Below are positions 11,295 through 24,335 of a stretch of DNA of 64,000 bases, in pieces. Positions within the stretch are counted from its first letter, which is position 1. Each line of letters starts with the position of its first letter. The notes beneath the pieces were generated by a model. The model was not told where the DNA came from, made no database searches, and saw only the letters and a program-made list of their open reading frames with translations. Both the position numbers and the translations under genes were made by a program. The DNA is from an uncultured Methanosarcinaceae archaeon (GTDB lineage: Archaea > Halobacteriota > Methanosarcinia > Methanosarcinales > Methanosarcinaceae), in the NCBI GenBank assembly GCA_963833425.1, contig CAWHXP010000002.1:352001-416000 (forward strand), written 5' to 3'.

Positions 11295-12134
11295 GTTGTC
11301 CTCACCGTTAAATTCAATAATAATTAATTATTATTTTTCCAACTACGGAAGAACCATAGTGGGTATAAATTTGAAATTGATTAATTTTGTAAATGAATAA
11401 ATCTTAACCAATTTAACTTATTAATAAATCTGCTCAAGCTACAAAAACCGGTTTAAGAGTTCAGATAGGGTCTTTTATATAGGTTTTTTCTGATTAATGA
11501 GTTTCATATATATATAAGTTCTACTATTGTGAATGGTTAAGTACTTCACTAGCTGGCTCAGCTAATCAGTAAAATTCTACCATATTTTAACGAGTTTTGC
11601 AGAAAGGTAATGTTGAGCATCGATTTTTTTTTCTTTACTAGTATTCTCTCAAGTTCGAATTGGTAGAAGAATCTAAAATCTCCAGCTGAAATTTTCCTCC
11701 AGCAAATTTTATTAGCTTTTTTTGAATATGATTAGGATAGTATAATTACTGCGTTCTATTATATCCCAAATTTTACAGAATCATTAATTTATATTTATTT
11801 TTATTATAAAAGATTTATCGTATTGGCAGAATATATTTAGAAAACAAAAAAATATTGCAACCAAATATCATAAAATATAACAAATTATTCAGAATCCAAA
11901 ATTAGTTTCTTGATGCTGTTTTGAAGTTATCAAAAAATATAATTGTCAGTCCATGCAAAACGGATAAAAATGATCAATTATCCAACAATTAAAGAAAGTA
12001 AGTTTCAATAAAATCACCCACTAAACTTTCGATAAAATGGCTAATGATGTTTTTTATTCAGGATGAATAGTTCCAATATAAATTTGAACCTTATGAAGTA
12101 AACAGAAGCATAAAGTCAATTTATGCATAATATA

Positions 12135-13267
12135 GAGATTTTGGATAACCTCCATGCTCTTGAGCATGGTTGGCTTTAAATTTGTCAATATTTATGTATA
12201 TTCATGAAAACACTTACTGATTTTGCTCTTAAAAAGAGTATAAACTTCTTGAAGCTGTTGGAGATAACCTTGCTGAAATTGCTTCCTTAATTGATTGGAA
12301 AACGTTTCGTATTATTCTTGAGTCTATGTATATCAACAAATCCTTTCCAGGAGGGAGACCTGAAACTGATGTCATTGTGATGTTCAAAATGCTTGTTTTA
12401 CAACAATGGCATGTGCTCTCTGATTTTGAACTTGAGAAACATTGTATAGATCGAATTTCTTTTAGGAAATTCCTTGTATTTCCTGAATACATACCTGACA
12501 GTACTACTGTATGGCTATTTAGGGAGAGAATTATCGAGAATTTCAAAGAAAATATGGGGAAAGTTGCAAAGCCAACTTGATACTCTGGGTTTCCAGATAA
12601 AGCAGGGACTGATTCAGGATGTTACTTCTATCCATTCAGATCCATGACATGCAAAAGCAGAGAGACGAGGCAAAAACAAGAAGAATCAGAGACGGAACAT
12701 GGACAAAGAAGGGAGGTAAGTCTCATTTTGGATATAAGCTTCATAATATAATAGACAGAGATTATGAGCTGATCAGAAGATTCAAAACAACAACTGAGTA
12801 AGTACATGATTCGTATGTAGATGTGACAGAGGGAAATGAAGTGGTTTATAGGGACAGAGTATACTTTGGAGCAAAAACTAAAGGGTATAATGCAACAATG
12901 AAAAGAGCAGTCAAAGGACATACGCTGGGAATAAAGGATATATTCAGAAATAAGAAAATTAGCTCAAAAAGAGTCCCAGTAGAAGGAGTTTATTCAGTAA
13001 CGAAAGAAATTTTCAAGGCAGGAAGAGTTTTTGTTACTACTGTTAAAAGAGTAAATCTAAAAATGTTGTGTACGGCTTTTTGTTATAATCTCCATCAATT
13101 GAGGACATTGAAAATAAAAAAACTATATTGAAGATGGCGGAAGATATCTTTAAAATCAAAGAATTGAGAATAAGTAAAGCCAAAAAGAGGAATTAAATAG
13201 AGAAATTGAGGGGAAGATCTGAGAAATTACTGCTAAGAAATAAAATCCGAAGTTTATCGAAATTCTC
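12135..13267 (+). mobile_element. IS5-family element copy 2, defective; near-identical inverted copy of copy 1
   Basis: Same TIRs and same lesions as 1558..2689; flanks TATA and TAAA. Confidence 0.93.
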
Positions 13268-13786
13268 TAAACACTGTACTCAAAGTGCAAACTTTGTTGG
13301 TATAAAAAAATTCGACTGCGTTGTATTATAATGAATGCAGAAAAAAAATGCAACATTGGTAAATGTCGAAGAAAAAAAATAAGCGTAGACAAAATTAGTA
13401 GAAAAAAGAATAGATTTTTAAGTTAAAATTCTAATTTAAGAGCCTCACAGATAGAAAACTTATTGTATCTATACCTAAGTGGATTAATTTTTCGCTTTCT
13501 TTTATAGTCAACCATTCAATTACCTTAATAATTTTGTGGATTTTATTCTGATTTGTAAAAATGGATTCAGAAATAATGAGATTAGGTATTACTGAATTTT
13601 TCAGGAAATACTATATATGATCATGTGGTTTGACTACGATCATACCATATTTATAAACTAAAGTCAAGCTCGAATGTTATACAATTAATTATTCAAACTC
13701 TATTCAGGTCTGAGATTAGTTTAATTGAATTAATCTTCTATTCGTATTATAATTCAAGTACAATATTTGGTAAAAGGTAATCTTTG

Positions 13787-14398
13787 ATGAAAATAATAGC
13801 ATTCGTAGGCATGCCAGCTTCTGGAAAATCAGAAGCTGCAAGAATTGCCACTCATATGAGCATTCCCGTTGTTAATATGGGTGATGTGATCCGGGAAGAA
13901 GTATTCCGACGCGAGCTCGAACCCAATGACTCAAATACCGGAATGGTTGCAACGGACCTCCGCAAATGTGAAGGCATGGATGCAATTGCCAGACGCTGCA
14001 TTTCTCACATCAGAAAAATGAATTCCAAACTTGTGGTTGTGGATGGTGTGCGCGGAATTGCCGAGGTGGAATGCTTCAGACGAGAATTTGGAATAGGTTT
14101 TGTTCTTATTTCCATTTACACTCCGATTAAAATTCGTTTTTCCAGAGTCCAAAAAAGAGGTCGAAGCGATGATATGGACAGTATAGAAAAACTTCGTAAT
14201 CGAGATGAGCGAGAACTTGGCTGGGGTATGGGAGAAGCTATAGAAGCATCAAATATTGAAATTGAGAACAACTTCACTCTGGATATTTTTAAAAATAATG
14301 TTGTCGAGGTTTTGAATAACTACTACGATTTAGACTCGTTACACAGCTCAAAAGATCAAATATGGAAAAACAATTCTTCTGAACAAAATTCAATTTAA
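13787..14398 (+). CDS. UPF0200 dephospho-CoA-kinase-like P-loop protein
   Basis: FVGMPASGKSE, MGDVIRE, VVDGVRG and RGRSDD...RDERELGWG motifs. Confidence 0.88.
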   Translation: MKIIAFVGMPASGKSEAARIATHMSIPVVNMGDVIREEVFRRELEPNDSNTGMVATDLRKCEGMDAIARRCISHIRKMNSKLVVVDGVRGIAEVECFRREFGIGFVLISIYTPIKIRFSRVQKRGRSDDMDSIEKLRNRDERELGWGMGEAIEASNIEIENNFTLDIFKNNVVEVLNNYYDLDSLHSSKDQIWKNNSSEQNSI

Positions 14399-14450
14399 TA
14401 ATCCATTAAAATCAAGCAAATAAACTCCTTTTAGATACTGGAGCAAATTT

Positions 14451-14930
14451 ATGATACATGTTAAAATTTCAGCAGTTGTGTATCCCACCGAGGACCCAGA
14501 AAAAGTTATTCGAGCTATTTCTACTATTTTTACTGACATAGTACTCGAAAAAAAGACTATTGAGACCATCGAATTTGAGCTAGGGGATTATCAGAATTTA
14601 TTTGTTTCTGGAGAAGGAAAGCTTGATCTCTTGCTAACTCTGCATGGGCTCATTCGAAGAGAAAAGATTATAGATAGTATCCGCAATAAAGTTTTCAGTA
14701 AAAACTTATCCAGTGATGGCCTTTCAATCCGTTTCTTGCTAAACAAACAGGCTGCTTTTGTCGGTATCCCCAGTATTTCCGCTCAAAAAGAATCGCTCGG
14801 ATCTATTGAAATCGTCATCATGGCCGAATCTCTGGAAGAAATGGGAAGACTTTTAGAGTGGCTTTTGCCCATTACCGAAGGAGGTATACCGGTTGTTGAA
14901 GTGGAAATGGATTATGTGGAAAAGGGTTGA
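14451..14930 (+). CDS. UPF0201 / DUF54 RNA-binding protein
   Basis: VYPTEDPEKV and LNKQAAFVG motifs; usual partner of UPF0200. Confidence 0.85.
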   Translation: MIHVKISAVVYPTEDPEKVIRAISTIFTDIVLEKKTIETIEFELGDYQNLFVSGEGKLDLLLTLHGLIRREKIIDSIRNKVFSKNLSSDGLSIRFLLNKQAAFVGIPSISAQKESLGSIEIVIMAESLEEMGRLLEWLLPITEGGIPVVEVEMDYVEKG

Positions 14931-15121
14931 AAATTTTTCTAGCTTTTAAAAATTATGTATGGCTATAATTCCTATTTTGATATAATTTTTGTATGTATAC
15001 TACTGCTCTGTTGAAGTTCGTTGAAAGGTCTCATTAAACTGACTCAATTTAGTTAACTATATATTAATTCCCACGTACTTTTAAACCTATATTGATTAAT
15101 GAAAAGGAATGAATCGTCTTC

Positions 15122-15895
15122 ATGCAATTGCAAAGAATCAGTTTTTCATCGCACGTAGCTATCGAAGATCCTTTCAAATGGGCTTATAAGCTCGAAGATC
15201 ATGGATATACTGGTTGGGAAATTTTACAGGAAGGATCACAGTGCTTAAACAGCAAGAATATCCAGAATTTGAAAAATATCTATGATACTACGGGTCTCGA
15301 ATTGACTCTACACTTGCCGTTCTCGGATATGAATCTGGCAGGTCTTAACAACTCAATCAGGTCTGAAGTCCTCAGGCAGATGAAACATTACCTTACCCTG
15401 GCTTCCAATTATATAAACTTGGCTGTAATTCACCCTGGTTATCTTTCTCATTATGGCGTACAGGTTCCGCAGGAAGCTTACCTGACTAATCTGGCATCAA
15501 TTCGAGAAATATGCGACTTTGCGGCGGATTTTGGAATCCTCATCGCTGTTGAAAATATGCCCGATTTTCCTAAAATATTCGGAAAATATCCTGATGAAAT
15601 ACTTGAGATGCTTGAATCTGTCGGGAGCCATAACGTGGGTTTTACCTTTGATGTAGGCCATGCAAACACAGTTGGGCTTGTGAATGATTTTCTGGATTTC
15701 CTTGAAGAAAAAATATCCCATGTACATATTCACGATAATATGGGTAAAAAAGATGAACATCTATCTTTAGGGAAAGGTAACATAAATTGGAAATTAGTCA
15801 TGGAAAGGCTTTCAGACTATAAAGGCATCTTTGTTACTGAGATGGGTTCGGTTGAAGAAGGAATTCAAAGCCTTGAATATTTAAGGAAGTTATAA
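15122..15895 (+). CDS. Sugar phosphate isomerase/epimerase (xylose isomerase-like TIM barrel)
   Basis: TLHLPFSDMNLA, IHPG, AVENMP, FDVGHA, HVHIHDN...DEHL.LG.G.I metal-binding motifs. Confidence 0.9.
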   Translation: MQLQRISFSSHVAIEDPFKWAYKLEDHGYTGWEILQEGSQCLNSKNIQNLKNIYDTTGLELTLHLPFSDMNLAGLNNSIRSEVLRQMKHYLTLASNYINLAVIHPGYLSHYGVQVPQEAYLTNLASIREICDFAADFGILIAVENMPDFPKIFGKYPDEILEMLESVGSHNVGFTFDVGHANTVGLVNDFLDFLEEKISHVHIHDNMGKKDEHLSLGKGNINWKLVMERLSDYKGIFVTEMGSVEEGIQSLEYLRKL

Positions 15896-16131
15896 AAAGA
15901 TTATTTAATCATTTTTTTTCGATTATTTCGATTTTCGATCGCATCCCCAAGTTATTGAATAGAAATTCTGAAAGTCACGAATTCTTTTAAATTCTGCATT
16001 TGATTGATTATTCTTTTTGCACTCTTAGAGTTCTTTGGAACCATTTTTGAAACTATTCAGCTTTAATAAAGAACTATCAATAAATAATCATTACATTGAT
16101 TAAATTTGCAAATTTTAATTAGTTGATTTTA

Positions 16132-17264
16132 GAGAATTTCGATAACCTCCATGCTCTTGAGCATGGTTGGCTTTAAATTTGTCAATATTTATGTATATTC
16201 ATGAAGACTTTTACTGATTTTGCTCTTAAAGAAGAGTATAAGCGTCTTGAATCTGTTGGAGATAAGCTTGCTGAATTTGATTTCTTAATTGATTGGAAAA
16301 CGTTTCGTATTATTCTTGAGTCTATGTCTATTAACAAAACCGTTTCAGGAGGGAGACCTGAAACTGATGTCATTGTGATGTTCAAAATGCTTGTTTTACA
16401 ACAATGGCATGGGCTCTCTGATTTTGAACTTGAGAAACATTGTATAGATCGAATTTCTTTTAGGAAATTCCTTGGATTTCCGGAATACATACCTGACAGT
16501 ACTACTGTATGGCTATTTAGGGAGAGAATTATCGAGAATTTCAAAGAAAATATGGGGAAAATTGCAAAGCCGACTTGATACTCTGGGTTTACAGATAAAG
16601 CAGGGAATGATTCAGGATGTTACTTTTATCCATTCAGATCCATGACATGCAAAAGCAGAGAGATGAGGCAAAAACAAGAAGAAGCAGAGACTGAACATGG
16701 ACAAAAAAGGGAGGTAAGTCTCATTTTGGATATAAGCTTCATAATATAATAGACAGAGATTATGAGCTGATCAGAAGATTCAAAACAACAACTGCGTCAG
16801 TACATGATTCGTATGTAGATGTGACAGAGGAAAATGAAGTGGTTTATAGGGACAGAGGATACTTTGGAGCAAAAACGAAAGGGTATAATGCAACAATGAA
16901 AAGAGCAGTCAAAGGACATACGCTGGGAATAAAGGATATATTCAGAAATAAGAAAATTAGCTCAAAAAGAGTCCCAGTAGAAGGAGTTTATTCAGTAACG
17001 AAAGAAATTTTCAAGGCAGGAAGAGTTTTTGTTACTACTGTTAAAAGAGTAAATCTAAAAATGTTGTGTACGGCTTTTTGTTATAATCTCCATCAATTGA
17101 GGACACTGAAAATAAAAAAGTATATTTAAAATAGCGGAAGCTATCTTTAAAATCAAAGAATTGAGAATAAGTAAAGCCAAAAAGAGGAATTAAATAGAGA
17201 AATTGAGGGGAAGATCTGAGAAATTACTGCTAAGAAATAAAATCCGAAGTTTATCGAAATTCTC
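16132..17264 (+). mobile_element. IS5-family element copy 3, defective; N-terminal ORF intact
   Basis: Both TIRs present. ORF 16201..16578 encodes the N-terminal domain, followed by frameshifts and stops. Flanks TTTA and TACA. Confidence 0.93.
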
Positions 17265-17269
17265 TACAA

Positions 17270-18045
17270 TTTATTGTGTTCAAAGGAGTTGTATTTGTTC
17301 TACTACCGGTAGTAAGGCTGTTTTTCCACTAAGGGCACGTAGATCCAGCTTCATAGAGTAGCAAGATTATACACCTATTTTTATAGTCCGAATAGTAAAT
17401 ACCATTGTAGTAGTCTTCATTCTGTTTTCAACAACTCATAAACTACCGAATATTGGAGGATGCCGAATGGATATTACAAAGAAAAGATTTGTGAAATCTT
17501 TTGCTGTCGCATTACTTGTTTTTGCCATAAGTATAGATACAAGACATGGGAAGAGTCCATGATGAAAACCTCCAATGTACTTTCATACCGATTAGATAGA
17601 ATACAGAGGATTTCGATAAACCCCAATTTTTTGCTGGTTGCTTATAAAACCTATATAAGTAATTTGTTAAAATTGGAGGTTTCTCGAAATCCTCTACAGT
17701 CAAGAATTTTGTCATTATTTCTTAATGTAGATGACTTAAATCTACAGGTGAGGGTATAAAACCAGATTTATGGCCACTTTGGGACTGTACCTTTTGATTT
17801 AATTTTTTATTATTCTGGTATTCGATAAACTTTGGATTTTCTGGTGCAAGTCCAAGTTTTGGAGGTAATTCAGTTTGATTTACAATATTTTTGTGAATAT
17901 CATACGATTTGTTTTTCTCTAAAGATCCTGTACAAGCCATCGCTATTGATGAACCTATAACCAAGAAAAGAACCAGAAATTCAGTAAAAATTATTATTTT
18001 TTTTAGTATATTTAAATCGGTTTTTATATTTACATAATTTTTCAT
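17270..18045 (-). pseudogene. N-terminal remnant of a secreted cell-surface / C1A cysteine-protease-like protein
   Basis: Signal peptide, then LAPENPKFIEYQ...GHKSGFIPSPVDLSHL, which resembles the propeptide of Methanosarcina papain-like surface proteins. Stops at 17722, is interrupted by a MITE and bounded by IS copy 3. Confidence 0.6.
17606..17694. mobile_element. 89-bp MITE with IS5-type TIRs
   Basis: GAGGATTTCGATAAAC...GTTTCTCGAAATCCTC with a perfect 4-bp target duplication TACA/TACA. Confidence 0.9.
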
Positions 18046-19454
18046 ATTTACCCCTTCTGTCACTTTTTTGAGAATAATTCGTCTATTAGATGCTCTAATC
18101 TTCTCCTTATTTTATAAAATACTTTATCCGGAAATTCAAACTTTAATTCTCAAAACTCAACTAGTTTTCTAGAATTGTTCTTCAATCATAGGTTAGTTGT
18201 CTACTTTTATTCTCATTATTATTTTGTTCTTATCAGCCTTTTAATATTTTATTTAAACCACTCTTCTGAATTTTTCTGTGTTTAGTTGTAAACCTTAAGC
18301 TTGGATTTCATATACTTCCATTACAGCTTCATAATTTTTTTAACAACACACTTTTGTATAATCATACGCATCAAATTTGGTGCATCCTTTGCAAATATTG
18401 TACTCAAGATCAATTGCTTGTATAGCACTATCTTTTCATGCTTATTAGTAATGTTACTTATAAGATAATATATTTTTCTGCTAATGATTAATGTTGATAT
18501 TGATGTTTAGATCAGAGCTTCAATTGCCTTTTATTCTCTGCATCAAGAACACCAATTTATTATTTTATTCTCAATTCTTTGAAAAGCTCTCTAAATTCAA
18601 TTTTCCCCATTTAATTTTGTAATGTCTTTCGCATCTAAGATCTTTTTCTGAATATTTGTTACATATATTGATATATATTTTAATATCTGTGGTAATTTCC
18701 CGCTTCACTGTTATATATTGTAATAAGAGGAGTTTTCATTCAATTTTGTTTTTTCTTGCCATATATACTCTTCGTTCAATGTTATTTTCACAATGGCATC
18801 AAGATTTTTTTCTAAAAAATTGCTTTTAACTCGTTAATATGTTTGCAAGCTAACTTTTTATTTTTTGTCTTAAAAACTCCCTTCTCAACAGAAACAACAA
18901 AGGTTCGTATTCCTCAACACTTGAAACAAAATATCCACCGTTTTCCAATTCTTGTAAATATTTGATTTATTGAAAAAAACCAAAATCAACTAGAAGAACA
19001 AAGTCTTTGACCCAGTGACCTATCTTTAATACTTATCTCAGCATTTTTTTATACCATGGGTAACAAACATACGAAGAAACTTAACAAGTTCTGTATTGAA
19101 ACGATAGTCCCCGAGATTATAGCTCATTGTGTTGTCTGCCCTTTTAAATATTCTATTTTAAACTGCAAGTCTATGCTGCATACATACACCAAAACTAAGA
19201 GTTAGACCTCGAAGATGGTGATATGGTCAATTTTACGTCCAAGTATTCTAAGATCAGTTTCCTTGGATGTTTGCTAAGTTATTTTTTGCAAAACATTTCC
19301 CGAACAGGGGCTTCAAAAATAAATTAAGGCTGAGAAACATAGAATTCAGTCGGTTACTTATAAAAAATACATAAAATAATGATTATCTAAGATTAACCAT
19401 TGGTACATTGGGCTATCATCCGAATTCCAATCCGATGAAATGAACATAACTATA

Positions 19455-19540
19455 GAGAATTTCGATAAATCTCTAATTTTCACGAATCATTTATCTATTA
19501 TATGCCGGTGACAAAATTTAGAGATTTATCATTGTTCTGT
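19455..19540. mobile_element. Decayed MITE of the same family
   Basis: TATA-GAGAATTTCGATAAATCTC...GAGATTTATC. Two further orphan TIRs (CATCGAAATTCTC) lie 30 bp apart at about 19780-19825. Confidence 0.6.
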
Positions 19541-19829
19541 AGATATATAAAAAATATAATATATTATAATACAATATAATACAATATATCGAGAAACCAA
19601 ATTGATTCCTGCGCATAAAAAATTAATACAGAATTTGAGTCACTGTATTAATATTCATAATGAATTCTAAATAGATAAGAGGATATTCATTTTTTTTCGC
19701 AGAAAATAATAAGCTTAATATGAAATAATTAGAGATTTTTAACTATTATCTATCTCTACTTACGGTAATTAAAGGAGTTCATCGAAATTCTCTCAAATGC
19801 ATAGGTGTGCATCGAAATTCTCTATAATA

Positions 19830-20576
19830 TTGGATCTTATAGGGAAAATTACAAAAAAACAGCATCAAGATGCATAGCTGAAGTCTGTTTTCACTTTCCA
19901 GATTTCGAATTTTACGGTATCCCTAATATGGTCATTTGTCTTTTACATTACACTCTTTTTTTGTATAGTTATTTGTATGGATAATCCTTAATATTCTGGT
20001 ATTTCACCATCTACTTCATTATTGATCGCGACATTTGATTCATAAGTGATGATAAGTTTTACTTTAAGATGGAACCATCTCATGCATAATTAAGGAACAA
20101 ATAATAACCTCCGTCTGCAGGACATGATTTATATGTAGCATTCTTTATTTGTAAAATTCACATGTGTTTAATAAGCTCAAGAGAATCAGAAGCAATACAA
20201 TTATTGTGAGTCATAATAACAGGATAAATACCAAACATTGTAATGTGTGCCTGATGCATTATATTTTCATAATGAAGACTGTAATAACATGCTCGTCGAA
20301 TTTTGAAGCTTCAGCTGAAGCGAAATCGATCCTATTTTATTTTTCTTGTGAAAATTTGAGGATTTTTTCACAAAGCAACGTTATTATCTCATTGATCCCT
20401 TCCTCACAAAATCTATAATTCACAAAATGATGATGAGTTCCACCTGAAAGAAGTTTTGTCTTGATTTTTCATAACATAAAAATCGCAGAATAGCTTCTTT
20501 TTCTGTTAATTGAGAAGAGGTTATATCAAACGAAAGTTTTCTGAAACATTTCACAAAAAAGATTTTTATCATACAA
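19830..20576 (-). pseudogene. Decayed DDE transposase resembling Methanosarcina ISNCY-type elements
   Basis: Minus-strand pieces IDFASAEASKFDEH, MFGIYPVIMTHNNCIASDSLELIKHM and HIRDTVKFEIWKVK; 5' end cut by IS copy 4. Confidence 0.6.
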
Positions 20577-20580
20577 TAAA

Positions 20581-21715
20581 GAGATTTTCGATAAACTCCA
20601 TGCTCTTGAGCATGGTTGACTTTAAATTTGTCAATATTTATGTATATTCATGAAAACTCTTATCGATTTTGCTCTTAAAGAAGAGTATAAACTTTTTGAA
20701 TCTGTTAGGGATAAGCTTGCTGAAATTGCTTCCTTAATTGATTGGAAAACGTTTCGTATTATTCTTGAGTCTATGTATATCAATAAAACCGTTTCATGAG
20801 GGAGACCTGAAACTGATGTCATTGTGATGTTTAAAATGCTTGTTTTACAACAATTGCATGGGCTCTCTGATTTTGAACTTGAGAAACAGTGTATAGATCG
20901 AATTTCTTTTAGGAAATTCCTTGGATTTCCGGAATACATACCTGAAAGTACTACTGTATAGCTATTTAGGGAGAGAATTATCGAGAATTTCAAAGAAAAT
21001 ATGGGAAAAGTTGCAAAGCCAACTTGATGCTCTGGGTTTACAGATAAAGCAAGGAATGATTCAGTATGCTACTTTTGTCCATTCAGATCCAGGACATGCA
21101 AAAGGAGAGAGATGAGGCAAAAACAAGAAGAAGCAGAGACGGAACATGGACAAAGAAGGGAGGTAAGTCTCACTTTGGATATAAGCTTCATAATATAATA
21201 GACAGAGATTATGAGCTGATCAGAAGATTCAAAACAACAACTGCGTCAGTACATGATTCGTATGTAGATTTGACAGAGGAAAATGAAGTGGTTTATAGGG
21301 ACAGAGGATACTTTGGAGCAAAAACGAAAGGGTATAATGCAACAATGAAAAGAGCAGTCAAAGGACATACGTTGGGGAATAAAGGATATATTCAGAAATA
21401 AGAGAATTAGCTCAAAAAGAGTCCCAGGGGAAAGAGTTTATTCAGTAACGAATGAAATTTTCAAAGCAGGAAGAGTTTTTGTTACTACTGTTAAAAGAGT
21501 AAATCTAAAAATGTTGTGTACGGCTTTTTGTTATAATCTCCATCAATTGAGGAAATTGAAAATAAAAAAAGTATATCGAAGATAGCGGAAGCTATCTTTA
21601 AAATCAAAGAATTGAGAATAAGTAAAACCAAAAAGAGGAATTAAATAGAGAAATTGAGGGGAAGATATGAGAAATCACTGCTAAGAAATAAAATCCGAAG
21701 TTTATCGAAATCCTC
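20581..21715 (+). mobile_element. IS5-family element copy 4, defective
   Basis: Both TIRs, internal stops and frameshifts; flanks TAAA and TATA. Confidence 0.93.
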
Positions 21716-22057
21716 TATAGAATGTATTTTTTCTGAATCATATCCATTATCCATTACATAACAATCAGACTTTCTAATCTTATTTGATTGCCTTATCAGA
21801 GCATTTGCATGTTTGATTTCATTGTCTGTTTTTTGACTAATTGCTGAGTATAAACGTATTTTGAATACTTGCAGAATAAAGCTTCGGTCTCGAAGACTGA
21901 ACAGTTTCAAGACTAGTATCAACAAATTTAATGTACTTATTAAACTTCAATACTGAATGTTCCTTCATTTTTAGCGAAAAAAATAAGAAAAATATTATAA
22001 ATGAGTAGTTATACTACTATGGTGTAAAAGTTCAATTTAGAGCATTTCTACAGAGCC
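21716..22057 (-). mobile_element. Internally deleted remnant of a second IS5-family element
   Basis: End GGCTCTGTAGAAA at 22057. N-terminal NKYIKFVDTSL is joined to KHANALIRQSNKIRKSDCYVMDNGYDSEKIH (DKGYDSE-like motif). Truncated by copy 4. Confidence 0.65.
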
Positions 22058-24335
22058 GAAAAAGTAGTGATTCAAAAACTCCCTTTTCTAATTTAACAAA
22101 AAGTAAGTACACAACTGATTAGTACACAATTGATTGATAGTGAACATTATTTGTATAGCATTGAACTTTCTAGCACAACATAAATATCAAATTCGAGCTC
22201 TTGTGGTTGCAAGGCTAAGGTTTTTTTTCCGTTTAAAGGTTTCAAGGCTAAATTGAATGAGTCTAATGCTAAGGCTTCTATGAGTAAACATAATCTAAAA
22301 ACTACTCCAAACAACATAATAGGGGGGTAAAAAAATCACTCGGTGTAAAGTGGATAAAGAATAAGTGGATTTTCATTTCCATTAAATGAAAGAAGCGACT
22401 TCAACAACGAACTTAGATCCTAGCTGCCGGTGGACTGTAACATATGGAAGAGCAAAACAGTTCACCACATTTACATGTAGATTTACGAAAAACTGACCGA
22501 ATTCCTGCTCTATAGGAATTTGTCAATCTCCATGTTTTTTACTTAGGTATCCCAAATATTTGCTCTTATGAGGCCATAATAGTTTGCTATGGATATTGCT
22601 TCAGGGGCCATAAGGCAGCTCACAAATATCCGTACCACTTAATGTGAATACCACTTAGTTTAAATAAATATTATCTATTATAAATATATGATAGATCGAG
22701 TTTAATTATTATTTGTCTTTCACCCATGAAGTAGACGTTTATCGGGCTGTGGGCATATCTCCCTGCAGCTCACAGATCAATTTTTTGAAATCTAAGATCA
22801 GCTGATTATCTAAGCCGATATAAAGAAGAAAATTAAATTTTGATTAATTTTTTGCGATCCATTTTATTTCTCCAACTAAATTTTCTCTTTGAATATATAA
22901 AACTCATTTTTTTATAACTAGACAACATCTTATTTTGTTTGCTGCACAGTTGATACTTGATTTGGTCTCTTCAGGTGATATGTCCCTTAAATCTCATCCA
23001 TAATTGATCTATGGGGTATTAACAGAAAATTAGTGAATCAAATAAATCAAAAGTGCTGTCAAAGACTCAAAAAAGATGTAGGGCAATATCTATTACTTTA
23101 AGTAATATCATTACTGCCCTGAAAATTAATTGACCAACCCCTTAAAATTATATATGAAGATGACATCTATAAACGTGGAATTGTCAACAATAGACTATTG
23201 TTTGTGTAGTTAGTGAGATAATCAACTGGATGCTTTAAAACTTATTTTTTCCTAACTTTTAACTCGTTCTGCTAACATATTGAGAAATTTCTGTTTTGCA
23301 TTGGGGAAAAGAGATACAGAATAAATTCTATTTTACATAACCTTTGGCACACTGGCCACATTGCTAAAATTTCTATAAATTCAACTAGCAATCAACTGAA
23401 ATCAATTTAAAACCTTAAAAATAATGAAAAATTTCTTAGCTTTACTTTTATGCATAGTATTTAAAGTAAAACATATGCATAATTTCAACGTTAACTTTCC
23501 ATTACAATCTTTTTCACTATTATCCCACACTCACAAGCTTAAGAGTATGGACAAATGCACTCTATTTTAATTTTAAACATATTCGATCTTTTTTAGAAAA
23601 GCTTAATGTTAAATTCTGAAGATTTTGGGGAATAATAAAAAATCATTATTAATATCGAATTGTTTTTTTGGTTGTGAAAAATATTATGTGAGATTATTTT
23701 TGTTTAGAAACTATTTTTCATATAATTATAAAATGAATGCGGAACTAATCAAGTAGTATTGTTGTACTTCATGGATTGTACAACAGAACGAACAGACACT
23801 TTAAAAAACAGAGAGATGACCGATAGAGCAAAATTGCTTGGAAGGCATTGGTCTTATTTCGGATTAAATATACTTTTGCGGGTATATATTCGAAGTGACT
23901 GTACCAGAGCAAACAGTAGAGACAACTCTTCCAAGCTTGTATATTATCTTTTTTAATGTGCTTAATTTGACAGAATGTATAATTTTATCCTAATCTGCTC
24001 TGTACACTTTAATCTTCTTTTTGATTATCATTCTATTATCGTTGAGATAGCCGAAGACATGCCGTAGTAGCTGAGAATGCGCCTAGTGACTTCTAGCGGG
24101 AAAGGTGCCAGTTTGTTATGATTCATGAAATTAGGGTCACCTAATTTCAATCCTAAGTAGCTTGTGTTAGGGAATATATAACAAATCAAATTTAATTGTA
24201 ATTCGTCTATCACCCTATAACTCAGGTAGATATTCGATTGAGCAGTAGGAATTCCCCCCAACAGCTCACAGATTTATTATTCGACGTAGGATTCTAGGAT
24301 CATGGCTCAGCCTTTTCCACTTTTTGAATAGGTAC

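Noticed and set aside
18200..19000. Possible second tnpB relic on the - strand (GKRWIFCFK, GIRTFVVS, FKTKNKKLA)
   Set aside because: Only short motif-like pieces that I could not extend; a translated HMM search is needed.
22100..24300. Short ORFs and small duplications (23759..23956, 24028..24261, 15-bp repeat near 22105)
   Set aside because: No recognisable motifs; consistent with relic DNA.
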